Positions 12,546-26,702 of a stretch of 64,000 nt of DNA are shown here, one piece after another. Each line of letters opens with the position of its first letter. Position 1 is the first letter of the stretch. Under the pieces are notes generated by a model. The model ran no database searches. It saw nothing but the letters and a program-made list of their open reading frames with translations, and was not told where the DNA came from. Source of the DNA: Eledone cirrhosa (lineage: Eukaryota); assembly GCA_964016885.1 (NCBI GenBank), contig OZ024762.1, forward strand, positions 682,001 to 746,000, written 5' to 3'. The position numbers were made by a program, and so were the translations under genes.

Positions 12546-13767
12546 CTGTTTACATGCCAACACAAGAGCAAGAATGAGGGGCTCATTCTACTGACATGGC
12601 TTAAAAGAGGCTCGTTTGCATAACTACAAACGAATCGAATGTTATTATTAATATTCAAAAAACTCAGATTACATCGATTTTTTTTTCATATTTCCATCAG
12701 AGTAAAATATAAATGACAACAAAATATATCAAATAAATTTAACATTAAAAAAAAATTAAAATTAAATAATTTAAAAAACAATAAAATTATTTTTTTTTTA
12801 AATAAAATCATTTATTAAAAAATGAATTATTAAAAAAATACTTAAATTATTTTAAAAAAACAATCAAATTATAAAAAAATAATTAAATTATTAAAAAACA
12901 CAAAGGGAAACAAAAAATGTGATTTTTCTTGGGGGTGGGGGGAATTTTTAGCTGCTATTGCCATGGAGAGCAACCACGTAGACATTCTCATGTTTTGTCT
13001 GTTATGACTTTGTCTCCTGTTTTTTGTCTTGGGTGGAAGTTGTTCAAGAAGCAAATTATTTTAGATTACTGAGAAACATTGAAAATAAGATTTAAATAAA
13101 TAAATTAAATTAAATAATAATAAAAATAAATATTTAACAATTTAATTTCTTGGTTTGGGAATTTCAATGACAGAAAAATGTCATGAGAAAAAAGGAAAAA
13201 GAAATGTCTTTTTTTTTTTTGTTAAATTTCTATTATAATAATTGTACTGAATTTTCTGTCTGTCTGTTACACAAACACCAGACTCTGACAATTGAGGGTA
13301 GGATCATCTAGCAACAAACGTTCCAAAAAGACCTGATGGCAGCTAATTGTGATCGTTGGTGACTAACTGCAACATAATTATTCCATTACTAAAGGTTTCA
13401 TGTAGTTAGATAGCTCTGTACTAAACATAGAGCACTCTCCTTTCCTTTACCTTTTCTACAGAAACACTTAACACACACACACACACACACATACATACAT
13501 ATACATAATTTTGACAACCAAAAATACGGTATAATATATATATATATATATATATTGTTACACTTTGGGAGGGTCATGTTGCCAATAAGAAACACATGCA
13601 CCAGTTGCTTTCACTTCAATTTATTATAATAAATTTATAAATTTAGGAATTTATAAATTTCCGGTTGGTTGGTTGGTTCCACAATCAGATGATTTGAGCA
13701 CACACAAAAACAAGATGGCGTAGGACAGAACAAAGGAGAGGCACAAAAACAAAGAAAAGAATCCCCA

Positions 13768-13810
13768 GTCACTGAAGAGGTCACAGAATGTGTGACGAAA
13801 GAACTTTGAC
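13768..13810 (+). ncRNA. Minimal hammerhead (family F); copies at ~32798-32840 and ~49951-49993
   Basis: GTCA CTGAAGA G GTCACA-GAATG-TGTGAC GAAA GAAC TT^TGAC. The other copies carry core substitutions. Confidence 0.6.
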
Positions 13811-14168
13811 AATATATAAACAATCATCTGATTGTGGAACCAACCAACCAACCGGAAATTTATAAATTTATTATAATAAATTGAAGTGAAAGCAACTGGT
13901 GCATGTGTTTCTTATTGGCAACATGACCCTCCCAAAGTATAACAATATCGGTTTCAACACACGTTTTCAGATAAAGAATCTTGCTAAACAAATTCAGAAA
14001 CGAAATATATGTATAGTTATGTAATAAACAACCTAAGATAATTAATTCATTTACCAGGGGTTTCTTGAAGACAGATATTTCTATCCGTCTTCAGTCGTCA
14101 GAACAAATAAAAAAAAATGGTGTGTTTATTAAATATGGATTTGAAATCCATATGATGATTGTATTGGC

Positions 14169-14238
<70 letters not shown>

Positions 14239-14295
14239 TTCTCTCTCTCTCTCTCTCTCCCTTTCTCTCTCTCTCTCTCACTCTCTCTCTCTCTC

Positions 14296-14331
<36 letters not shown>

Positions 14332-14449
14332 CCTTTCTCTCACTCTCTCTCTCTCCTCCTCCCTCTTTCACCCTGCCCCTCTTCCTCTAGACTGCACTAA
14401 CCACACCCTCTTTACTTCCATCTTCTGCACCCCACCCACTCATACCTCA

Positions 14450-14625
14450 ACACCATGCTTTGCAGCATAGAGTTACGTCCCTTTACGTTCTGAGTTCAAA
14501 TCCCGCCAAGGCTAACTTTGCCTTTCATCCTTACGGGATCGATAAAATAAAGTACCAGTAATACCCTGGAATAATTGCTGGCCTTGTGCCAAAAGTAGAA
14601 ACAATTATTATTATTATTATTATTA
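14450..14625 (+). mobile_element. tRNA-derived SINE with Nin-domain-like core; copies at ~27680-27825, 32185-32305, 50935-51100 (-), 54105-54235 (-), 55210-55370 (-), 60325-60555, 60575-60700
   Basis: GAGTTCAAATCCCGCC B-box, GCCTTTCATCCTTACGGGRTCGATAAAATAAAGTACCAG core, (ATT)n tail. The Nin assignment is from recalled consensus similarity. Confidence 0.7.
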
Positions 14626-14974
14626 ATATGTTGTTGTTTATGTAGTTTTTGTTTTTATTTAATTTAGTTTTTATATTATTTTTCCTTACATTTTCAAAAG
14701 GTCACCAACTTCTAATGGAGATATTTGTAACAACTCTTAGTCCAAAAAACTTATATAAAAGACCGAGAGACATCGGCTAATTGAAATGTTGATGTATTCT
14801 CTACTAAGTGGCTCTTTTAGTTTCTCGTTAAAAGTCAACTAAATTTTACTTCTGCCCAGCTGTTGTTAAAGGGAGGTAATGATATATAGTTTCTTGGCCC
14901 AATTCTAACAATGCTATCTTTGAGAAATATGAACCTTTATATATAGAAGTAGTTCCACAGTTAGTTCACCATAA

Positions 14975-15013
14975 CGAGAACAAATGTTTCACCTTAAGCG
15001 GATCTTCAGCTCG
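14975..15013 (-). ncRNA. Minimal hammerhead (family E) just downstream of the Penelope-like RT; second copy at 11540-11576 (-)
   Basis: CGAG CTGAAGA TCCGCTTAAGGT GAAA CATTTG TT^CTCG. The 11540 copy has CTGATGA and the palindrome CAATTG. Stem II is very short. Confidence 0.6.
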
Positions 15014-15156
15014 ATCTGAGAGGAGTTGTATGGAAAAGGAAAAACAACCATATAAATACACATGCGCAGAAACGATCACTTCTGCTCTTAGGGCTGTTGG
15101 TGATGTGGGGCTTCATATTCTTAGCGCAGGAGTACCCTAGTTTCACCCTGTGCCTG

Positions 15157-16230
15157 TTAAAGATAGAGCGGTATTTGTGACCTATGGAAAGTGTCTAAGA
15201 GGGCTAAAAAATGTTTTTCTACATTAGTTTTAACGTTGAGTGAGAAGGGAGGAGTGAACCAGATAGTTTGTCTATTGTTATGATTTCTTTTCTTATTGCT
15301 GTTGTTGTTAGTGGGAGAGTAAGTAATTGGTTGCGAGAAGCCACTGTTAGCTAACGCCGTGTAATAGTAGGGTGCCACTCTGTCAAAGGTAGCCTTATTA
15401 GAGGAGAGGTTAGAGATTCTAGTACTGATATTATATAGTACTGATATTCTAGTACTGATATTATATACAAAGTTTCTAAAAAGAGTAGGAGGGTCGCATG
15501 AGTCCTTGTGTATGTAATTAAGTTTTTTGTTTAGTTTATGGAAGGGTCTGAAGGTATGTGTGCGAAGGTCTAAATTTATGTCTAAGTAATCTATGCTAGA
15601 GGGGTTGGTAGCTACCGTTATCCTAAGTCCTAACTTATTAAAAGTAGAAATTAAATCTTTTTTAAACCAGCTCAGGTCGTGATCACTTTTATGGCTCAAT
15701 AGGGTCAGACCATCGTCGCGGTATAATCCCGTGTGGAAGTCCAGGAATCTAGTACGTAATATATCTAAAATAAATAAACCAACCAAGTCGCATACATCAG
15801 CACTATTGAACGATCCCATTGAGACGTCGAATAGTTCTGAAGTAGTTGACTGCTTTGACCAGGCTACTCCGTTGTTGAAGAGGAGGGTTTTCCAGCAATG
15901 TGTGATAATCTCCCTGTCTAAAACATGGACGGTAGTGTAAATGGTAGCAAAGTCCAATGCTTTGTTCAACGGTCACTGAGATCGACAGGTAAAAATCTAC
16001 AATGTCGAATTGTGTGAACGTTGCTTTTTTGGAGTTGAAGGAGTGAAACCACTTAATGACGGAGTCGCTGTTCTCCCACTGGGACAGGTTGGACTTGGTC
16101 CTAATGGTCTTAACTGTTTTTCTAAGTATAGCCTTACTGACTAGTCCCATCTCCGTGCGTGCCGGGTTTAGCAGTCTACACATGGGATTAGAAGCAAATT
16201 CTACCTTGTGATCCTTCAGGGTGAGATATC
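15157..16230 (-). pseudogene. Decayed Penelope-like element reverse transcriptase (frameshift near 15970)
   Basis: Motifs YLTLKDHK..CRLLNP, QFDIVDFYLSI, FDVSMGSFNSADVCDLVGL, GLYRDDGL, IDYLDINLDL and IWFTPPFS are split across two ORFs. No intact GIY-YIG domain visible. Confidence 0.85.
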
Positions 16231-17919
16231 CTGATATCCCCCCTCCATACACGCACACATGTATTTCATAACTCATACACTGTTCATTTTCCTGACATTT
16301 CTACATTATTCTATGTACTATACATGCACCTTTGATGAGTTGTAGTGCACCTGAGCACTGTACACAGTAATTTCATTATTATAAGAGTGTTGGTGCATAG
16401 AAGTGACTGGAAGAAGGAAATAAAGAAAGGCGATGTACAAGACAAGTTTACACTCTCAAACCAGCAAAATAGTTTCGCACAATCCAACTGAGAGTACCAT
16501 TCCAAAATACTGTTTTCTTTTGTCCTTCCTTCTATCTGTGCTGTTTGTTTTATCACATGCATCATGCCAGCAGAAAGATTTATTTTTCTTTGCACAATCC
16601 AGTATTTTGTGACCACTTTTTGGCACCAATCCATTCCTGGTCCTACAATATTAAACTGTTTGTGACCACTTTTTGGCACCAATCCACCTGAACTTTCACC
16701 AGATATAAATTTGAAGAGTTACTTACATTGAAAATAAAATTAAATGCTTCACTATTTAGCTGTAAAAAAATATGGTAGACTGCTCGTGAAACAACTGCTC
16801 AAGTTCAGACCAGCAACAGCAGAAGAAAGTGCAAAATTCAAGACTGTTATCTCATTAAATTTGTTCGTTAACTAATTACGTTAGCAAACAAAAATGAATA
16901 GTAAAACACCTTTTGTCAAATGTTTTATCTTATCAAATTACGTGCTTAATAATAAAACTCTGTATTTATATTTTGTTTTTAAACTCACCCCAAAATCTAC
17001 TGAAATCTACCCCAATTGTATGATTTGAAAATTAAAACAGGTGAATAATTAAGACAGGTAAATTTCCATATATTTCTATATCTGCCGTGCAATGACGTAA
17101 AACACTCACACACACTGGCATGAACACGCACACACACTCACACACTCTGGCATGAACACACGTACACACATATTGTCATCATCATGTGTTTTTCTGTGCC
17201 AGTATGGGCTTGACAAGTCATCAGAGGTCATCCAGAGGTTACCAGATGTCAACAAAGGTCACCAGATGTCATCAATGGCCTTCAGAGGTCATTAGAGGCC
17301 ATTGAAGGTCACCAGAGGTCATAATAGGTCATAGGAGGTCAACACGGTTTAAGTCATTATTTAATCAAAGTTATTATCCTCACCACTTTACAGAGTGTAC
17401 TGGGTGTATTACATCATGGCTGGATGTCCTAATGACTACTGAAGACATTACTACAGAGTCCTCTCAGATCTTATTTTAGATGGATTCTATGGCAGAATAT
17501 ACGCACACACATTCTCTGTCACACACACACATATTCTCTGTCACACACACACACATTCTGTCACACACACACATATTCTCTGTCACACACACACACATTC
17601 TCTGTCACACACACACACGCACATTCTCTGTCACACGTACACATTATTTGTCACACATACACACACACACCTACACACACCTACACACACACTGCCACAT
17701 ACCTACACACTCACTACCACATACCTACACACACAGTCACACCTGTGTTTACGTAATATATGTAGCGTTTGTTTATCAGAAAGTGTAAAACCTGGTGAAG
17801 CATAATTAAGACAAAAACATTGAGTCTGGGTGAAGAATATCTAGGTTAGACAATTACTTTACATCACACGCACACACACACATATATATATATATATACA
17901 TATATGTATACATATATAC

Positions 17920-18203
17920 ACGTTGTGAGTTCAATTCTCAGACCGGGTGATGTGGTGTGTCCTTGAGCAAGACACTTTATTTCACATTGCTCCAGTTTAC
18001 TCAGCTGTAGAAATGAGATGATAGGGACTGGGGTCCCTATCATTCCACTGCAAAGTGGTCGTGGAGGTGCCACGGCAAAAAAGCACCCAGCCCACACTGT
18101 AAATGAGGTTGGTGTTAGGAAGGGCATCCAGCTGTAGAAATCAAGCCAGAATCAGTTCCCGTCCCACCCTTGCAAGCAGGGAAAATGATGATGATGATGA
18201 TGA
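17920..18203 (+). mobile_element. SINE with RTE-type 3' tail and (GAT)n end; copies at 20728-20967 (-), 26925-27217 (-), partial at 7810-8040, 19100-19360, 40750-41060, 55690-55910
   Basis: B-box-like GAGTTCAATTC head, core GTGTCCTTGAGCAAGACACTTTATTTCACATTGCTCCAG, tail CCCACCCTTGCAAGCAGGGAAAA. Confidence 0.75.
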
Positions 18204-18905
18204 TATATATATAGAGAGATATATATATAGAGAGTGCCCCAAAAATGTATACACACTCCAACAGCATTGTAATCAAAGTGTGTATCCATGAGTATATATA
18301 TATATATAACGAAGAAAGTGTGGTAAGGAACCAGGTGGACCATAACGCACCAGAGTACTCAATACTTTGGGTAGTAGGAAAATAGTCAGGACCCCGACGG
18401 CAGAGCTCAAGCCGTTTCGACAGCTATTTCTGGCATCAAGAGATAGCTGTTGAAATGGCTTGAGCTCTGCCTTCGGGGTCCTGACTCTTTTCATATATAT
18501 ATATAAGCAAAGAGGTATTTAACCAAACTGAACCTGAACCGATAAGGTCTGGTTTCTTGGATATGTCACCATTTATAAAACAAATTTTGTATTTTATCTG
18601 ATGAGAACGTACCAAAATTTTGGTACCCTTGAAATATATATAATAAAATAATTATGGTTTTATAAATATAGTTTCCATGTATTAATATCATTGATATATA
18701 TATCTATAAAAATCTTTTCCTGAGTCCTGTATTTTCGTTGCTATGGTAATGCGGTTGGACTGCCGATCGCTATATTTGATTTGCTAAGCTGTCTAAACGT
18801 ATTGTTATTACTCTGGGGTACTTTTCGAGTGCTAAAGCTACCTACCAAATTTGCATTCGTTAGCTTGGCCGCAAACTAAAGCTTCGTTAATGCTGTACTA
18901 AAATT

Positions 18906-18949
<44 letters not shown>

Positions 18950-19513
18950 ATATTAATAAATTATGGTTTTATAAATATAGTTTCCATTTATTAATATATT
19001 GAATATTTACTCCAGTAATCTGTTGAGTGCTTTATATCAGTTATAAAACTTTTAAGCTTGTTGAATCCCAACAAATTAAATATAACTTTTGCATATATCA
19101 TCATCATCATCATCACCGTTTTACGTCCGTTCTTCCACGCTAGCATGGGTTAGACAGGTTGTCCTGTTGTGGGCAGTGTCTGGTCGGCTGACCATGCCTT
19201 GCTCATACAGGAACTGATTTGGCTTGATTTCTACAGCTGGATGCCCTTCCTAACACCAACCTCATTTACAGTGAGTGCCGGGTGCTTTTTCGTGGCGCCT
19301 ACACGTCCACTTTACAGTGTGGGCTGGGTGCTTTTTTGCCATGGCACCTCCACGACCACCTTGCGGTGGGGGGTGTGGGGGCATATTGTTTATATGCTTC
19401 AGCTTGTACCCGTGGGAAGTCGGGTACTCTGTATTACTGCGTGACGCCAGAAGGCATATATATATATATACCCTTGCAAGCAGGGAAGAGCAGATGTAAA
19501 ATGATGATGATGA

Positions 19514-19576
<63 letters not shown>

Positions 19577-19679
19577 TAAACGGAATAGAAAATGCTGACA
19601 AATATATATATATATATATATATATTTGAAAAAAAAAAAAAGAATGACTTCACTTGTAGTTCTAAATAATTTGATTTAA

Positions 19680-19950
19680 TTTTATAACCTATCCAGCCGA
19701 CGGCACTTCCATTCCTGTAAAGTTTATCCCGAACTGACAACGCTCCCCAGTAACACTGCCAGGCCAGGGACTTCTGGAAGTTATCCATTGGCCCCAGACT
19801 GAAAGTCCTCCCAAAGAGAATAGCTAGTTGACTTTTGTCGACACCCAGGGTTTTCCCAAGGACGTCATCGCTCTTGTCCTCCACTAACCCTCTGTAGAAC
19901 GCCAAGGTGAAGTTTCCACCCATCGCATCGCCCAACTGGTCGAGGGCTGT
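19680..19950 (-). mobile_element. LINE ORF2 C-terminal fragment (L1/Tx1-like)
   Basis: NFQKSLAWQCYWGALSVRDKL resembles the region preceding the zf-RVT of L1/Tx1 ORF2s. It is an isolated GC-richer island. Confidence 0.5.
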
Positions 19951-20079
19951 GAATAATAATAATGATAAACACACAGACAAATACATAACCAAACCCCCAG
20001 GACTTACAAATATATACAACATACCAAAGATAGCACTACTAGGTACTGTATATATATTATATAGAGTACCATATATATG

Positions 20080-20720
20080 TATATATAAAGTTGTAGTTCC
20101 TGTCTGTTTGTTTGTTTGTTCACAAACTCCTCCTATGGTTTTGGAGATAGACCCCCATAACTATATATATTCTGAAACTACATTGCCCAGGGTACTTGGA
20201 TAAGTATATTTTATTTTAATCAAAGGGTTCCCCGGCGGCACAAACCCCGCTGAAAACCCCTGCTGAAAATTTGTTCCCATAGGTAAAAGATATGATGCCT
20301 ATTCACAAAACTTCAGCAAATTTCAATAATATTAAGACACCCTAATGGGGGTTAAACCCCCTATTGGGGTTCCTCAGGGTCAGAAACCCCTGCTGAAAAT
20401 GTTTTCCCTTTGATTTATATGAAATTTAAACCAAAGGTAATTGACAACATATGATGCCTATTCACAAAAGTTTTGAATTGATATTTTTAAAAAAATTATT
20501 TCAAGAAACAAAATAAGAATAAGATTTAATAATGTAATTTTGATTTGATATATTACAAAAAAATAATGTTTTCAAATGTTTCATGCATTGCATTTTACAT
20601 TGACTAATATTGAAATGCAGAGTTTTTCTCCATAAATTATATCACTGATTTAAAATCAATCATCATTTTCTGACAAAAAAAAATGTGTGAAACGCGACAA
20701 GACACGAGTAATTCAGCTAG
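20080..20720 (+). mobile_element. Possible non-autonomous Helitron
   Basis: 5' TATATAAAG followed by a (TGTT)n tract, internal direct repeats, and a 3' end ...CAGCTAG|T. Confidence 0.4.
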
Positions 20721-20999
20721 TATATATCATCATCATCATCATCATCATCATCATTTTACGTCCGCTTTTCCCTGCTTGCAAGGGTGGGACGGGAACTGAT
20801 TCTGGCTTGATTTCTACAGCTGGATGCCCTTCCTAATGCCAACCTCATTTACAGTGAGTGCTGGGTGCTTTTTTTGCCGTGGCACCTCCACGACCACTTT
20901 ACAGTGGAATAATAGGGACCCCAGTCCCTATCATCTCATTTCTACAGCTGAGTAAACTGGAGCAATGTATATATATAATATATATATACACACATATAT

Positions 21000-21716
21000 A
21001 TATATATTATATATATACAGCATACAAAAGATAACACTACTAGGCACTGCACACTTATTATGAAAAGTACTATCAATACAATCGAAACAACATCAGCAGA
21101 AACTACACTGCACATGGCCAAGGTACACAGAGCTGTGCTCGGTAAAGCAGTAATGATGTGTAATAAAAATAATAATGGAAATAATAATAAAAAAAAATAA
21201 AATGTCACATCTCAATTTTGTGGAACTTTAGCATCCAAACAGACCAAAAAATAGATGCAAATAGACCTGATATAAGAGGGTATGCCTGCTAATTGATATG
21301 TCCATTCCAATAGACAAGAATGTATCTATAAAAACATTTGAAAAATTAAGCAAATATAAAAACCTGGAGATAGAAATTGGAAAAATGTGGAAGTTGAGAA
21401 CTAAAACAATACCAGTGGTTATAGGCGCTCTAGGAATGATACCTAAGGGGTCTAATGATTACTTATCCCAAATCCCAGGAAACCTGCGTATAGGAGAAAT
21501 ACAAAAGATAGTACTAATGGGAACTGTCCATATACTAAGGAAGATTCTGTCAACATTAGTACATCACAAGTCTAAACACCTAAAGATGCATGTATGTGTG
21601 TGTTCTTTCTTGAACATGGCAGACCATGTTGTCTCTTGAGGTCACTGGTTGTGACTTGGTGATAACTCGTATGAACATAAAGCAAGATAAATGAAATAAT
21701 AATAATAATAATAATG
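21000..21716 (+). mobile_element. 3' fragment of a restriction-like-endonuclease LINE (R4/Dong-like) with (TAA)n tail
   Basis: LWNFSIQTDQKIDANRPDI...LIDMSIP...EKLSKYKNL...IPVVIGALG...QKIVLMGTVHILRKIL, followed by (AAT)n. A shorter related piece lies at ~19960-20070. Confidence 0.8.
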
Positions 21717-22324
21717 CAATAAGATCAATGAAATAAAATAAACTATATTCACCTTTCTGAAGAACTGATTTGAAATGTTGTAAGTTTAGTGAAGTCTCAA
21801 GTATCCCAAGTCCTGAAGATTACAGACTTGTCAACCTTAAATAATGCTTGATCACGTGGAACCAAACAAAGTATTGCACCACCACCCCACACCACCATCA
21901 CACTATCCTATACCACATATTTATGAAAAAAATAAATGTCTTGTTATTCAAGAAGCATCACCCAACACCATACCACCCCACACTACACCACACCACACTA
22001 CACCACACCACACTACACCTCACTATCCCACATTACACCACACCACACCACACCACACTACACCTCACTATCCCACATTACACCACACCACACTACACTA
22101 CACCTCACTATCCCACATTACACCACACCACCATTAACTACACCTTGTTAGGTCACGGCTCCGAATAAGTTACTCAACCAGAATCTGCAAACAATGTCTT
22201 CGTTTTGTTTACAATCATTATCTGTCTCAAATGTCAATCCATCTCTCTCCAACAGTACCCAATTCTCTCACCTCTTTCTATTCAAACTGATTGAAATGGA
22301 CCGTTCATACTGATGTAAGATACT

Positions 22325-23034
22325 TATGTAAGGTCTTTACTGTGACAATACAATAGTATATATAGAGTAATGTAAATGTTATGTGAGGTATTATGTGAGG
22401 TAAAGCCTTTACTGTGAAAATACAATAGTATATATAGAGTAATGTAAATGTTATGTGAGATATTATGTGAGGTAAAGCCTTTACTGTGAAAATACAATAG
22501 TATATATAGAGTAATGTAAATGTTATGTAAGATATTATGTGAGGTAAAGTCTTTACTGTGAAAATACAATAGTATATATAGAGTAATGTAAATGTTATGT
22601 AAGATATTATGTGAGGTAAAGTCTTTACTGTGAAAATACAATAGTATATATAGGGTAATGTAAATGTTATGTGAGATATTATGTGAGGTAAAGCCTTTAC
22701 TGTGAAAATACAATAGTATATATAGAGTAATGTAAATGTTATGTGAGATATTATGTGAGGTAAAGCCTTTACTGTGAAAATACAATAGTATATATAGAGT
22801 AATGTAAATGTTATGTGAGATATTATGTGAGGTAAAGCCTTTACTGTGAAAATACAATAGTATATATAGGGTAATGTAAATGTTATGTGAGATATTATGT
22901 GAGGTAAAGCCTTTACTGTGAAAATACAACAGTATATATAGAGTAATGTAAATGTTGTGTGAGATATTATGTGAGGTAAAGTCTTTACTGTGAAAATACA
23001 ATAGTATATATAGAGTAATGTAAATGCCAAAGGG
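22325..23034 (-). repeat. 60-bp minisatellite, same unit as 5890-6680, in reverse orientation
   Basis: Unit TTACATTACTCTATATATACTATTGTATTTTCACAGTAAAGGCTTTACCTCACATAATATCTCACATAACAT-like. Ends ...AAAGGG TTAA. Confidence 0.9.
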
Positions 23035-24006
23035 TTAAACCAACCATATCCAGCCAGAATTCTCAGGTTGTCCTGTAGAAATTCCTAATTTTTCTGTATG
23101 TTACACATCCCTAACTCCTCTTCCTTACTGTTATAGGCGTTATGTATGTATGTGTAAATATATTTGTGTGTGTATGCATATGTAAATATATGCATCTATA
23201 TATATATATATGTATGTGTGTTTGTAGAGTGAAAGGGATAGAAATCAATTTTACAGTCCCGAAACACATGGATTATTCCTGTAAATATGATAAACAAACT
23301 ATGGGGTTCTTTCAACTTCCAAGTGTGCCTTCTTCAGACTGGCTTTTGTCTCTAGGTCCACCTAGTCCTTACTCAAAGGTCACTAACTACTAAACAATAT
23401 TAGGAGGTACATTCCTCCCCAACGTCTCGGTATTGACGGCCATTTGCCTGTCTCCTTTCCTGGTCTTACACTATATATTTAGACTCTACCAGTAATTCAA
23501 ATAGTCAATGTTGTCACACTGTGTCACAGCTTACAATTGTGAGGTTGTAAGTTCCATTCTCGGACTAAGCTTTGCATTGTACCCTTGAGCAAGACACTTT
23601 ATTTCACACATATATATATATATACACATATATATGATACATATATATATATATATATATATGTTTATCCCAGGTTCAATCGGGGGTAACCACAGTAAGT
23701 AAGGTACTCAATACAAAGCAGTGTATAAATATTTAATATAGAAATGGCTTCTACAGGACTAGAACTGTTTCATTCGGGAGAAATCATCAGGCTTCCTGAT
23801 GATTTCTCCCGTAGAAGCCATTTCTATATTCTATATATATATAGGAAAAGAGTCAGGGCCCCAACGGCTGAGCTCTGGCCGTTTCGACAGCTAGATCTGT
23901 AACTGGTATCTTCAAGCTGTATCAGCCATTACCTCGCCCTGACCCCTTGAAGGGGAACTTTCTAGGTGCAAACTCGATGATCATTCCTCACTGAAGGGGG
24001 GTCTTT

Positions 24007-24368
24007 ACCTGTATTTCCTCTGGTCAATCTTGTCACTCTGTGTCACACAACTCTGTCACACAACTCTGTTACACTATATATTTAGACAATACCTGTATTT
24101 CCTCTGGTCAATCTTGTCACTCTGTGTCACACAACTCTGTCACACAACTCTGTTACACTATATATTTAGACAATACCTGTATTTCCTCTGGTCAATCTTG
24201 TCACTCTGTGTCACACAACTCTGTCACACAACTCTGTTACACTATATATTTAGACAATACCTGTATTTCCTCTGGTCAATCTTGTCACTCTGTGTCACAC
24301 AACTCTGTCACACAACTCTGTTACACTATATATTTAGACAATGCCTGTATTTCCTCTGGTCAATCTTG
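24007..24368. repeat. 87-bp tandem repeat, ~4 copies
   Basis: Direct inspection; 29-aa periodicity in the ORF track. Confidence 0.9.
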
Positions 24369-24795
24369 TTTATTTGTTGCACCCCAGACATTTGATCCCT
24401 CCCTACTCAAGTTTACACCTGACAGGTGAGAATTGTTTTAATTCTTCATGTTATTCAAGAAGTACAGCTAACCCCTTTTCTAAAGTTTATTGTTGTATCA
24501 GTTACAGAATTCACAATAGGTAACTATCAATGTCAGCTTCAGTTAACTCATATAAAAGTACCTTGTTTTGATTCATCCTACCGAAGGGACACATTGTTAA
24601 TGGTGATCATTCATAATCTGATGCCAGTTGTCATATTGTGTATAAATAATTGTTTCTAGTATAGGCCAGTGGTGGTGGTGTTAGTGGTGGTGGTGGTGGT
24701 GGTGGTGGTGTTAGTGGTGGTGGTGGTGTTAGTGGTGGTGGTGGGGGTGATGTTAGTGGTGGTGGTGGTGATGGCGATGGTGGTGGTGGCTGTTC

Positions 24796-25462
24796 AAGTT
24801 AAGTTATGAGGCCATGTGTTAGTTAAGAGATGAGGCCCTGTACTAGTTAAGTTATGAGGCCCTGTACTAGTTAAGTTATGAGGCCCGGTACTAGTTAAGA
24901 GATGAGGCCCTGTACTAGTTAAGAGATGAGGCCCTGTACTAGTTAAGTTATGAGGTCCGGTACTAGTTAAGTTATGAGGCCCTATACTAGTTAAGTTATG
25001 AGGCCCTGTACTAGTTAAGTTATGAGGCCCGGTACTAGTTAAGAGATGAGGCCCTGTACTAGTTAAGAGATGAGGCCCTGTACTAGTTAAGTTATGAGGT
25101 CCGGTACTAGTTAAGAGATGAGGCCCTGTACTAGTTAAGTTATCAGGCCCTGAGCTAATTAAGTTATGAGGCCCTGTACTAGTTAAGTTATGAGGCCCTG
25201 TACTAGTTAAGTTATCAGGCCCTGTACTAGTTAAGTTATCAGGCCCTGAGCTAGTTAAGTTATGAGGCCCTGTACTAGTTAAGTTATGAGGCCCGGTACT
25301 AGTTAAGAGATGAGGCCCTGTACTAGTTAAGAGATGAGGCCCTGTACTAGTTAAGTTATGAGGCCCTAAGCTAGTTAAGTTATGAGGCCCTGTACTAGTT
25401 AAGTTATGAGGCCCTGTACTAGTTAAGTTATGAGGCCCTGTACTAGTTAAGTTATGAGGCCC
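24796..25462. repeat. 24-bp minisatellite (TACTAGTTAAGTTATGAGGCCCTG)n, ~28 copies
   Basis: Direct inspection; no spacers. Confidence 0.92.
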
Positions 25463-26128
25463 ATTACTTGGGCCCTAAGCACAATAGTAAATACAGCACT
25501 GCTTATGGGTGTCTGTGTCTGTGGCTCTTTCTGGCAGTGCCTGGGTCTGTGGTTTGTCTGGGTCTGTGACTGAGGGACAGGTGGTAAGTATAGGAGTGGC
25601 TCAATTGATATGTTTGGGGGACAATTGATAAGAAAAGCTGGTTGTGTTGCTGTTGTTGTGTTGGTTGTGGTTTTATTGTTTTAAAAGAATGTTGGCTCCA
25701 TTGGTGTGCGAAGAGGAAGATAAGGGGATAGTGGTGGTGATAGGGGAGACGGGGGTGTGATAGAGAGAGAGGGGGGATGGTGGGGATGGAGGAATGTGGG
25801 GTGATGGAGGGAGGGAGAGGAGGGAGTGGGAGAGAGGAAGAAGAGACAGGTATATTGGGGGAGAAAGGAGAGTGTGAGAAAGAGGGGTGGATAGGGAGAG
25901 AGAGGAACACACTCACACACATATATCGTTCCCCTTATTTACGTGTCCCAACGACTTTCTTTAGCCGTTGCTCGCACCAACCAGAGGTATATGGTCTGTA
26001 AAGCGATGAAATACCAATGAAGGTTGGAAGATCACTGATGAAGGATTAACTTTATTCATATATATATATATTTATATATAGACATATATATACATATATA
26101 TATATATGTATATATATGTATATATATG

Positions 26129-26226
<98 letters not shown>

Positions 26227-26529
26227 ATATATATTAAAATACAAATATTAATAAAATAGATGTTCTTTTTATCAATTACATTTTATTATACATATTTCAG
26301 AGGTACAACAGTACGTCCTCATCAGACAAAATATAATGATACATGACATACCCTGAGATGTTAAATGGTTAAGATTTAATCAAGGTAGTAAAAAGAACAT
26401 CTATTTTATTAATATTTTATTAATATTTGTATTTTAATATTAATAACTCTGGAAAATTATTTCCATAGAGTGCTTCCAATCTACTGTAAAACTCATTCTT
26501 TGATATACTCATTGAATATTGTTTAACTC

Positions 26530-26591
<62 letters not shown>

Positions 26592-26702
26592 CTCCAGTTC
26601 CTCAGTGAAATAACAACCCAACCAGGAACTGGGCATATCAGAGTATTGACAAGGTTAAACACCTCAACAACATATGTACTTGTCTATACCACACTAATTC
26701 GG

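Noticed and set aside
18735-18860. RFX X-box-like GTTGCTATGGTAAT and octamer ATTTGCAT
   Set aside because: Isolated short motifs inside a TA-flanked, probably TE-derived island, with no other promoter evidence.
24796-25462. CRISPR-like regular short repeats
   Set aside because: Head-to-tail 24-bp units with no unique spacers, no cas genes, and a eukaryotic context.
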